This document shows, piece after piece, positions 18,958 through 26,817 of a stretch of DNA of 64,000 bases. The stretch's first letter is position 1, and the number at the start of each line of letters is the position of its first letter. A program made the translations under genes and the position numbers. Below the pieces are notes generated by a model. The model was not told where the DNA came from, did no database searches, and saw only the letters and a list, made by a program, of their open reading frames with translations. The DNA is from Vicinamibacterales bacterium (GTDB lineage: Bacteria > Acidobacteriota > Vicinamibacteria > Vicinamibacterales > 2-12-FULL-66-21), in NCBI GenBank assembly GCA_038320555.1, contig JBBQEJ010000002.1:22618-86617 (forward strand), given 5' to 3'.

Positions 18958-19994
18958 GTCGTCAGCTTTTCGATCACGCCGTCCCACGTGATGCCGGTCG
19001 CCACCGCGTACCCCGCGTCGCCCATGGCCGCCGCTCGTGCGCGATCGGCGGCGAGCCGGTTGATCGCATCCGCCAGCTCGCCGGGGTTTGGCGCGCACAC
19101 GAACCCGTTCACGCCGTCCACGACGAACTCGGTCGGGCCACCCGAGTCGCGGCAGGTCACGACGGGCTTCCGCGCGAGGAATCCCTCGAGCGTGACGTAC
19201 CCGAAGTCTTCGTCGAAGGGCGGATAGATCACCGCCAGCGCGTGAGCATAGAGTCCGATCAAATCGTCGTCACCGACGGTTCCGAGAAAGGTGACGCGGT
19301 CGACGACGCCCGCTTCTTCCGCCGTTCGCTCGGCATTCTGCCGATGCGTCCCGTCGCCGGCAATGAGGAGGCGAGCCGGGCGATCGACGCTCGCCATTGC
19401 CTTGATGATCAAATCGACGCGCTTGACCGATTCGATTCGGCCGACCGACAGAACATAATCGCCAGACGGCCCGGGGACGAGTCGCGGCGCCAGGTTCGGC
19501 GGGTGATACAGCGCCTCGGCCCGGAGCCCGTTGAACTTCGCCAGCCGCGATGCTGTGTTGCGCGCGTTCGTGAAGAGGGCACGGCACTCGCCGAGCATTT
19601 CCGTGTCGAGCCGCATCAGCGTGTCGCGCAGACCCACGTCCAGCTCCGTGTGCGAGAAATCGCTGTACTCGGTGCCGCACAGCTCGTAAGCAGCACGGTA
19701 TTGGTGAATGAGCCACGCGACCTTGTTCGGGTGCCGCGCGAAGTAGGAAGGAAACTTGGTGCCGATCACGAGATCCACCGGCCGACCGTTGCTCTCGCTC
19801 AAATCCAGGAGCCGCCACGCCGCCGCATGGGGCAGGATTTCTTCCTTGGGATACCACTTGAACGGCACGCTGACGAGTTCCGCCGAGTAGCCCCGCTGCC
19901 GCAGCTCCCGTACCAGTTGCCGCACGTGAACTTCAGCGCCGCCGTGCACGAACGGCACTTGGGCCTCGCAGACGAGCACGGTCTGCACTGTCAT
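18930..19994 (-). CDS. glycosyltransferase family 4 (GT-B), first gene of the glycan operon
   Basis: 354 aa. FDEDFGYVTLEGFLARKPVV (EX7E-like) and overall GT-B layout. Confidence 0.85.
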   Translation of the reverse strand: MTVQTVLVCEAQVPFVHGGAEVHVRQLVRELRQRGYSAELVSVPFKWYPKEEILPHAAAWRLLDLSESNGRPVDLVIGTKFPSYFARHPNKVAWLIHQYRAAYELCGTEYSDFSHTELDVGLRDTLMRLDTEMLGECRALFTNARNTASRLAKFNGLRAEALYHPPNLAPRLVPGPSGDYVLSVGRIESVKRVDLIIKAMASVDRPARLLIAGDGTHRQNAERTAEEAGVVDRVTFLGTVGDDDLIGLYAHALAVIYPPFDEDFGYVTLEGFLARKPVVTCRDSGGPTEFVVDGVNGFVCAPNPGELADAINRLAADRARAAAMGDAGYAVATGITWDGVIEKLTTLPELPESP

Positions 19995-20004
19995 CGAATG
20001 GGTG

Positions 20005-20013
20005 AATCTACCA
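20005..20013 (-). promoter_or_regulatory. candidate extended -10 element TGgTAGATT, 10 nt upstream of the GT4 ATG
   Basis: Minus strand reads cgTGgTAGATTcacccattcgATG. It shares the core GTGGTAGA with sites at 38408 (+) and 62935 (-). Confidence 0.3.
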
Positions 20014-20023
20014 CGATGTAAAG

Positions 20024-20063
20024 TTGGTGAATTGGTGAATTGGTGAATTCACGAATTCACCAA
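20024..20063. repeat. three tandem octamers TTGGTGAA followed directly by their complement (32-nt near-perfect palindrome containing GTGAATTCAC)
   Basis: ttggtgaa ttggtgaa ttggtgaa ttcacgaa ttcaccaa. A further ggtgaatc copy lies at 20001. The element sits between the ychF stop and the glycan operon start. Confidence 0.75.
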
Positions 20064-20075
20064 TCGGCACCAGCG

Positions 20076-21164
20076 CTATGTCGCGTGGCGGAAGTTGATG
20101 ACGTCGCCGTCCTGAACGACGTATTCCTTGCCTTCCAGACGAAGCTCGCCGTGGTCGCGGCAGGCCGCAAGCGTGCCGCGCGCGATCAGGTGCTCGTATC
20201 TGACGACCTCCGCGCGAATGAATCCACGCGAGATGTCGCTGTGGATTTCCCCCGCCGCCAGAACCGCCGACGTGTTGCGCGGGATCGACCACGCGCGGTT
20301 CTCGTCCTCTCCCACGGTAAAAAACGAGATGTAGCCGAGAAGATCGTAGCTGGCACGGATCACCCGGTCGAGCCCGGACTCGCGCAAGCCCAGATCCGCC
20401 ATGAAGGCAGCCGCATCCGCCGCATCGAGCTGGGCAATCTCCAGCTCGATCTTCGCGCAGATCGGGACCGCACGGGTGGCCGCGCCCGAAAGAAACGACT
20501 CGAGGCCACCCAGCCGGACGGCATCATCGGCGTGCGGGAGATCAGCCTCGTCGAGATTCAACACAATCAGCAGGGGTTTAGCCGACAGGAACTGAAATCC
20601 GCGCAGCCGCTTTGCGTCGTCACTGCCGAGATCAAGGGCGCGCAGCGCACGTCCTTCTTCGAGCGCCGTCCGGCAGCGCAGGAGAATCTCCTGTTCCTTC
20701 CGCAGGTCGGCGTTGTTGCCCTTCTTGAGATCCCGCTCGAGGCGCTCGAGGCGGCGCTCGACGACGCCAAGGTCCGCGAGGATGACCTCATCTTCCATCG
20801 CGCGCACATCGCGCGCGGGATCGATCGTTCCCGCCGGATGCGCAACCGCTGGATCGCGAAACATGCGGACGACGTGGAGCAACGCGTCAGCGTTGCGGAA
20901 GGGGGCGACGTCGAGAAGCGCCGCCGCGCCGGTCTTGGCTCCGCCGACGCCCGCGATGTCCGCGAATTCGACCGTTGCCGGCACGTGCTTGCGCGGATTG
21001 AACAGCGCCGTCAGCCTGTCGAGCCTCTCATCAGGTACGCGCGAGACGCCGACATTCGCCTCCGACTTGCCAGCCGGGCGCGGCGCTTCCCGCGCGCTCG
21101 TCAGCAATTGAAACAAGGCTGTTTTCCCTGACGACGGAAATCCAATCAAACCGGCACGAAGCAT
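20076..21164 (-). CDS. ychF: redox-regulated ATPase YchF (Obg family)
   Basis: 362 aa. P-loop MLRAGLIGFPSSGKTALF. Length and C-terminal end (YVVQDGDVINFRHA) are typical of YchF/OLA1. Confidence 0.9.
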   Translation of the reverse strand: MLRAGLIGFPSSGKTALFQLLTSAREAPRPAGKSEANVGVSRVPDERLDRLTALFNPRKHVPATVEFADIAGVGGAKTGAAALLDVAPFRNADALLHVVRMFRDPAVAHPAGTIDPARDVRAMEDEVILADLGVVERRLERLERDLKKGNNADLRKEQEILLRCRTALEEGRALRALDLGSDDAKRLRGFQFLSAKPLLIVLNLDEADLPHADDAVRLGGLESFLSGAATRAVPICAKIELEIAQLDAADAAAFMADLGLRESGLDRVIRASYDLLGYISFFTVGEDENRAWSIPRNTSAVLAAGEIHSDISRGFIRAEVVRYEHLIARGTLAACRDHGELRLEGKEYVVQDGDVINFRHAT

Positions 21165-21384
21165 CTGTTTTCCTCAACACCGGGTGAGCTCGCCGCTCGG
21201 CACATACGCCTGCCCTGCTCTGAGCGAGCCGTCGCCCCAGAGCGAGTCGAAGGTCTCCAGAGCGGGTCGAAGGGGCTCTCAGATCTGCCCATCCTAGCAT
21301 GCGATTGCAACTCTGCCGTTGACCTTCGCCGGCGTTTTCGCCAGCGAAAATAAAGCGTAACACCATGAACGCGTGGAATTTGCG

Positions 21385-21413
21385 TTGACAGTCAGGCCTA
21401 CGTTCTCTACTAT
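21385..21413 (+). promoter_or_regulatory. sigma-70-type promoter of the dcw cluster: TTGACA - 17 nt - TACTAT
   Basis: TTGACA at 21385-21390 and TACTAT at 21408-21413, with an exact 17-nt spacer, 40 nt upstream of the mraZ GTG. Confidence 0.6.
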
Positions 21414-21417
21414 CGCG

Positions 21418-21442
21418 GTGGAATTTTATGGAGCAAAGTGGA
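21418..21442 (+). promoter_or_regulatory. three (G/A)TGGA direct repeats at exact 10-nt spacing: candidate MraZ operator
   Basis: gtgga 21418, atgga 21428 and gtgga 21438. A fourth gtggaattt copy lies at 21373. They sit between the -10 box and the mraZ start. Confidence 0.5.
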
Positions 21443-21452
21443 GTGAAGAGAC

Positions 21453-21893
21453 GTGCTCCGGGGCAACTACACCGCCAAAATTGATGAGAAGGGCCGGCTC
21501 AAGATCCCGAACGCCTTTCGGACCCTCGTGGAGGGGCAGCACGGAAAGGAATTGTTCGTGACGAGCTTGACGGGGGAGTACGTCCGCATCTACCCGATGC
21601 CCATCTGGATGGCTCTCGAGGAAAAGCTGGCGGCCGTTCCCTCGACGCACCCGGCCCGGCTCAAGTATTTCGACCGCATCAACTATTTCGGTCAGACCGC
21701 TGAATTCGACGTCCAGGGGCGGGTCCTCATCCATCCGCGTCTCCGGGAGTCGGCGGGAATGACTGGTGAGGTCGATGTGTTCGGACAGTACGCCTGGCTC
21801 GACGTCTGGAACCACGAACGGTTCGTCGCCAAGCTTCAGCGCGAGCCGTACACCGATGACGATGCGCGCGCCCTCTCGGAGTTCGGGATTTGA
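21453..21893 (+). CDS. mraZ: transcriptional regulator MraZ
   Basis: 146 aa, GTG start. LRGNYTAKIDEKGRLKIPNAFR and a second SpoVT/AbrB-like half (GQTAEFDVQGRVLIHPRLRE). Confidence 0.95.
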   Translation: MLRGNYTAKIDEKGRLKIPNAFRTLVEGQHGKELFVTSLTGEYVRIYPMPIWMALEEKLAAVPSTHPARLKYFDRINYFGQTAEFDVQGRVLIHPRLRESAGMTGEVDVFGQYAWLDVWNHERFVAKLQREPYTDDDARALSEFGI

Positions 21894-22783
21894 GCGTGAA
21901 CCCCGTGCACGAACCGGTCATGGTGGCCGAAACGGTTGCGCTGCTCGAACCCGCCCGCGGCGGGCTGTTTGTCGACTGCACGGTCGGTCTCGGCGGTCAC
22001 GCGCGCGCGATTCTCGCCGGAGGCGCCACCCGTCTGATTGGTCTCGACCGCGACATGACGGCGCTCGCGATGGCTGCTGAAACGCTGGCCGACTGGCGCG
22101 ACCGCGTAGAGCTCGTGCACGCCGATTACCGCGAGCTCCAATCGGTGCTCGCCCCGCGCGGCATCGCCGGCATCGCCGGCGCGCTGGCGGATCTTGGGGT
22201 CTCATCAATGCAATTCGACACCGAAGGGCGTGGATTCAGCTTCCGTCGCGACGAACCGCTCGACATGCGGATGGACCAGACGCAGGGGGCCACCGCGGCC
22301 GACTTGATTGCCGGTACCGGCGAAGAGGACCTGGCGAACGTGATCTTCCAGTTCGGGGAGGAGCGTTTTTCGCGCCGCATCGCGCGCGGCATCGTCGAGG
22401 CGCGGCGCACCGGGCGCATAGCCACAACCGGGCGGCTCGCGCAGATCGTCCGTCGTGCGGTGCCCCGAAAGGGTTACCAGCGGATCGATCCGGCCACGCG
22501 CACGTTCCAGGCGCTGCGAATCTGGGTGAATCGCGAGCTCGACGGGCTCGACGCGTTTCTCGTCGATGCCTCGCGCCTGCTCAGCTCCGGAGCCCGGCTC
22601 GCGGTCATCACGTTTCATTCGCTCGAGGATCGCATCGTCAAGCACGTATTCCGGGCGCTGGCGGCAGCCGGAGAGGCCCTGCGCGTGCTGACGCGCAGGC
22701 CGGTGGTGCCGGGGGAGGCAGAAGTGGCGCGCAACCCGCGCGCGCGGAGCGCCAAATTGCGCGCGATTGAGAGGCTCGCATGA
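21890..22783 (+). CDS. rsmH: 16S rRNA (cytosine1402-N4)-methyltransferase RsmH
   Basis: HEPVMVAETVALLEP, LFVDCTVGLGGHA, LGVSSMQFD. Start is TTG 21890 (overlaps the mraZ stop) or GTG 21896. Confidence 0.95.
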   Translation: MSVNPVHEPVMVAETVALLEPARGGLFVDCTVGLGGHARAILAGGATRLIGLDRDMTALAMAAETLADWRDRVELVHADYRELQSVLAPRGIAGIAGALADLGVSSMQFDTEGRGFSFRRDEPLDMRMDQTQGATAADLIAGTGEEDLANVIFQFGEERFSRRIARGIVEARRTGRIATTGRLAQIVRRAVPRKGYQRIDPATRTFQALRIWVNRELDGLDAFLVDASRLLSSGARLAVITFHSLEDRIVKHVFRALAAAGEALRVLTRRPVVPGEAEVARNPRARSAKLRAIERLA

Positions 22784-23172
22784 GCGGGATCGATTTCGAG
22801 TACGCGATCAAGAAAGACGTCCGGAACAACCCCATCGTCCGTGAAGTGGACGAGGCGCGCCAGCGCCAGCTGCTCCAGTCGGTCGTGATCGGCGGACTTC
22901 TGTCACTCGTGATCCTGTTCTCGGCCTGGCAGCGGTTCGCGCTGCTCGGGCACGGCTACGAGATGCAGCGGATGCAGCAGGAACGGGCGGAGCAGGAGGA
23001 AGTTAGCCGCCACCTGCGCCTCGAAATCGAAACGCTGCGTTCGCCGGCGCGCATCGAGCGGATTGCGATCCGGCAGCTGCACTTGATCGCTCCCGCGCGC
23101 GACGAGGCGATTGTCCTCGAGCGGGTGACGCCGTCGGCGCCTCCCGAAAAATCGATCGTGGCGGCGCGCTGA
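22780..23172 (+). CDS. ftsL: cell division protein FtsL
   Basis: 130 aa. Single TM helix VVIGGLLSLVILFSAW followed by a coiled coil. Canonical position between rsmH and ftsI. ATGA overlap with rsmH. Confidence 0.8.
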   Translation: MSGIDFEYAIKKDVRNNPIVREVDEARQRQLLQSVVIGGLLSLVILFSAWQRFALLGHGYEMQRMQQERAEQEEVSRHLRLEIETLRSPARIERIAIRQLHLIAPARDEAIVLERVTPSAPPEKSIVAAR

Positions 23173-23196
23173 TCGGACGGCGCGTCAGGAGGACCG

Positions 23197-25287
23197 TTGG
23201 CGAACGAACACGGCAGCCGATTCAAGCTCCCCTGGAGTGGATCCGCGCAGCGCATCCTGCGGCGCGAACCCGCGGCGACGGCGCCCGACTGGCGCGACAC
23301 GCTCCGATCGCGAGTGCTCATCTGCGCGGCGCTCCTGGCGGTGTGGACGGTTGCGATCGAGGGACGTCTGCTGTACCTGCAGGTCTTCGAGCACGGCGAC
23401 ATGATGGCCCGCGCGAACCGCCAGCAGCTCAAGACCATCAAGCTGCCGGCCAAGCGCGGCGGAATCGTCGATCGTGGCGGCAACCTGCTCGCGTACAGCG
23501 TGGACGCCGACACCATCGCGGCCGATCCGTCGGACATCGACAACCCGGACGAGGTGGCATCGCGCATCTGCGCGGCGCTCGATGAGTGTGGCGCGCAGCA
23601 GCGGCAGCTCATGGCCGAGCGCCTGCGCGGAAAAGGACAGTTCGCGTACCTGGCGCGGCAGGTGTCGTCCGACGAAGCCCGTCGGGTCAAAGCGCTCGAG
23701 GTGCCCGGCCTGCTGTTCTACAAGGAAAGCCGGCGGTACTATCCGAAGAAGGAGCTCGCCGCGACCGTTCTCGGGTACGTCGGGCTCGACAACGGCGGCC
23801 TGGCGGGGCTCGAATCGACGTTCGATGGGCGCATCCGTGGACGCGAAGGCAAGATCCTTCTGCAGACCGACGCCCGGCGGCACGCGATGTCGACCCGCGA
23901 AGAGCGCCCGCCGACGGCGGGCGACGGTCTCGAGCTGACGATCGACGAATACCTCCAGTACATCGCGGATCGCGAGCTGCGTATCGGCGTAGCGGAGAAC
24001 GCGGCGGCCGGCGGCACCGCCATCATCCTCGAGCCGCAGACCGGCGAGATCCTCGCGATGGCGAACTGGCCGACCTTCAATCCCAACGCCTTCAACGCGT
24101 CCGACGTCGTCGCGCGCCGCAACCGCGCGATCCAGGACTTGTATGAGCCCGGTTCGACCTTCAAGGTCGTCACCGCATCGGCGGCGATCGAGGAAGGCCT
24201 CATCAGGCCAACCGATCAGATCGACTGCAGCCCTGGGTACATCACGTTCGGCAGCCGGATGATCCGCGATACCCACGAGTACGGCGTCCTTCCGTTCATT
24301 GATGTCATTGCAAAGTCGAGCAACGTCGGGGCGATAAAAGTCGGGATGAAGCTGGGGCCCGAGCGCCTCGGACGCTACATCAGCCGCTTCGGGTTCGGGC
24401 AGGCGATTGCGCCCGATTTCCGGGGAGAGAACAGCGGCATTGTCTGGAATCCCGCACGGCTCGACGCGAGCGCGCTCGCCTCGGTTTCGATGGGGTACCA
24501 GGTCGGCGTCACGCCGCTGCAGATGGCGGCGGCCGTGAGTATCGTCGCCAACGGCGGCGAGCTCGTCGAACCTCACGTGGTGCGCGCATTCATCCGGAAC
24601 GGCCGGCGGGAAGAAGTGCCGCGCAAGGTCGTGCGCCGCGCGATTACGGCGGAGACAGCGGCGACGATGACCAGCATCATGGAAGCGGTCGTCGAGCGCG
24701 GAACCGCCAAGACCTTCGCGCAGATGGAGGGCTATACGGTCGCGGGGAAGACGGGCACCGCCTCCAAGCTCGTGAACGGGCGCTATTCCAAGTCCGACTA
24801 CAACGCGTCGTTTGTCGGCTTCGTGCCGTCGCGCAACCCGGCTATCACCATCGTCGTCGTCATCGACTCTCCGCACGCGCATGGCTTCTACGGAGCGACG
24901 GTGTCGGCGCCGGTCTTCAAGCGCATTGCTGAAGCGGCACTGCGGCATCTCGGTGTGGGTCCGACACTGAACCCGCCTCCGCCCGTGATCGTCGCGCGTT
25001 ATGAATCGCAGGCGCAGGACATGGGCGCGTTGCGAGCGGGGGTACCCGTGACGCCGTCGCGGGCCGCGGAGGTCAACTCTCCCGGGCAGATGCCGGATCT
25101 GCGCGGCTTGAGCGCGCGCGAAGCGCTACGGACGCTGACACGCATCGGGTTGACGGCGCGGATCGCAGGCAGCGGCTTCGTGATCGACCAGTCGCCGGAA
25201 GCCGGATCGCTGCTCGTTCGCGGCGACGCATGCATTCTCAGACTCGGACGCCGTCCGGTGGCGCCGACGGGAGGAAACCGGCCGTGA
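23197..25287 (+). CDS. ftsI: peptidoglycan D,D-transpeptidase FtsI (class B PBP) with C-terminal PASTA domain
   Basis: SxxK (GSTFK), SxN (KSSNVG) and KTG (GKTGTA) motifs. The last ~60 aa, MPDLRGLSAREALRTL...VIDQSPEAGSLLVRGDACILRLG, form a PASTA domain. TTG 23197 is preceded by AGGAGG. Confidence 0.95.
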   Translation: MANEHGSRFKLPWSGSAQRILRREPAATAPDWRDTLRSRVLICAALLAVWTVAIEGRLLYLQVFEHGDMMARANRQQLKTIKLPAKRGGIVDRGGNLLAYSVDADTIAADPSDIDNPDEVASRICAALDECGAQQRQLMAERLRGKGQFAYLARQVSSDEARRVKALEVPGLLFYKESRRYYPKKELAATVLGYVGLDNGGLAGLESTFDGRIRGREGKILLQTDARRHAMSTREERPPTAGDGLELTIDEYLQYIADRELRIGVAENAAAGGTAIILEPQTGEILAMANWPTFNPNAFNASDVVARRNRAIQDLYEPGSTFKVVTASAAIEEGLIRPTDQIDCSPGYITFGSRMIRDTHEYGVLPFIDVIAKSSNVGAIKVGMKLGPERLGRYISRFGFGQAIAPDFRGENSGIVWNPARLDASALASVSMGYQVGVTPLQMAAAVSIVANGGELVEPHVVRAFIRNGRREEVPRKVVRRAITAETAATMTSIMEAVVERGTAKTFAQMEGYTVAGKTGTASKLVNGRYSKSDYNASFVGFVPSRNPAITIVVVIDSPHAHGFYGATVSAPVFKRIAEAALRHLGVGPTLNPPPPVIVARYESQAQDMGALRAGVPVTPSRAAEVNSPGQMPDLRGLSAREALRTLTRIGLTARIAGSGFVIDQSPEAGSLLVRGDACILRLGRRPVAPTGGNRP

Positions 25288-26813
25288 CACTCCGCGATCT
25301 CCTTCGTGAGATCCCGGATCAACCGGCCGTTGCGGGTGTGAGCGACGCGTCCGCCGGCGATACCAGGGTGACGTCCGTGGCGTACGACTCCCGGCAGGCA
25401 GGGCCGGGTTCCGTATTCGTCGCGCTCCGTGGTGTCCAGGCCGACGGCGCGTCGTTCGCGCGAGATGCGCTCGCACGCGGTGCCGTCGCCGTGGTGTCCG
25501 AAGCCGCCGCGCCGGACGGCGTGACGCGGCCCTGGATGCAGGTGGCCGACGCGCGGCTGGCGCTCGCGGCGCTGGCGGCCGCGCTGTATGGACGCCCCAG
25601 CGAGGAGCTGACGCTCGTCGGTATCACAGGAACGAACGGAAAGACGACCACGTCGTACTTGCTGGCGTCGATCTTCGAGGCGGCCGGTATCCGGTGCGGG
25701 CGGATCGGCACCGTGGGCTACCGGATCGGCAATCGCGAGATGGACGCGGCGCGCACGACGCCCGAGGCGCCCGATCTGCAGCGCCTGCTGCGCGAGATGG
25801 TCACGGAGGGATGCGGCGCCTGCGTCATGGAAGCGTCGTCGCATGCACTCGCGCTGCGGCGGGTGGATCGGTTGCACTTTGCCGCCGCGATCTTCACGAA
25901 CCTCACGCGCGATCATCTCGATTTCCACCGCGACATGGAGGAGTACTTCCGCGCGAAGCGCCGCCTTGCCGAGTTGCTCCCGGACGCGGGCATTGCCGTG
26001 ACGAACCTCGACGATCGCCGCGGCGCCGAGTTCGGCGCGGCGGCGCGGCGGCCGGTCACGTACGCGATCGCCGCGGCCGCCGACGTGCGTCCGGGACCGA
26101 TCGGCCTGTCGCTCGATGGGCTCGCGTTCGACGTGCGGACGCCTCGGGGTGCCCTTCGCCTCCGTTCGCCGCTTGTCGGCCGGCCCAACGCGTACAACAT
26201 TCTGGCTGCGGTCGCTGCCGCCATGGCGCTCGACGTGCGGTTCAGCGCGATCGAAACCGGCATCGCTCAGCTGTCGGGCGTGCCGGGGCGTTTCCAGGTG
26301 GTGTCGGATGCCGCCGACGATGTCCGGGTGATCGTCGATTACGCGCACACCGACGATGCGCTGAAAAACCTGCTGGAGACCGCGCGGCCGCTCGCAACGG
26401 GCCGGCTGATCACGGTCTTCGGTTGCGGAGGGGATCGCGATCGCGCGAAACGGCCGCTCATGGGGGCGGTGGCCGCCCGGCTGAGCGACCTCGTGATCGT
26501 GACGTCGGATAACCCGAGATCGGAGGACCCCGACCAGATCATCGACGAGGTCAAGCGCGGCATCGTGATGCCCGCCGATCGCACCCCGCCGAACGCGCGG
26601 GCGCCGAAATCGACGCCGTTTCTCGCGATCAGCGATCGCCACACGGCAATCGAACGCGCCGTACACGACGCGCGCACCGGGGATCTGGTGCTCATCGCCG
26701 GCAAGGGACACGAAAAGTACCAGGTCATTGGCGACCGGACTTTGCCCTTCGACGACGTGGAGGTGGCACGCACGGCGCTGGCGCGACGGCGGGCCGGCTC
26801 GAGCGTGTCCTAG
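25284..26813 (+). CDS. murE: UDP-MurNAc-L-Ala-D-Glu:meso-DAP ligase MurE
   Basis: GITGTNGKTTT and the DNPR motif (VTSDNPRSEDP). GTG 25284 is in a GTGA overlap with ftsI, with GGGAGGA 8 nt upstream. Confidence 0.95.
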   Translation: MTLRDLLREIPDQPAVAGVSDASAGDTRVTSVAYDSRQAGPGSVFVALRGVQADGASFARDALARGAVAVVSEAAAPDGVTRPWMQVADARLALAALAAALYGRPSEELTLVGITGTNGKTTTSYLLASIFEAAGIRCGRIGTVGYRIGNREMDAARTTPEAPDLQRLLREMVTEGCGACVMEASSHALALRRVDRLHFAAAIFTNLTRDHLDFHRDMEEYFRAKRRLAELLPDAGIAVTNLDDRRGAEFGAAARRPVTYAIAAAADVRPGPIGLSLDGLAFDVRTPRGALRLRSPLVGRPNAYNILAAVAAAMALDVRFSAIETGIAQLSGVPGRFQVVSDAADDVRVIVDYAHTDDALKNLLETARPLATGRLITVFGCGGDRDRAKRPLMGAVAARLSDLVIVTSDNPRSEDPDQIIDEVKRGIVMPADRTPPNARAPKSTPFLAISDRHTAIERAVHDARTGDLVLIAGKGHEKYQVIGDRTLPFDDVEVARTALARRRAGSSVS

Positions 26814-26817
26814 TGGC

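Noticed and set aside
20041-20050. GTGAATTCAC / GAATTC palindromes as a restriction-modification signature
   Set aside because: They are part of the octamer repeat element. No R-M genes are nearby and nothing supports a restriction-related role.
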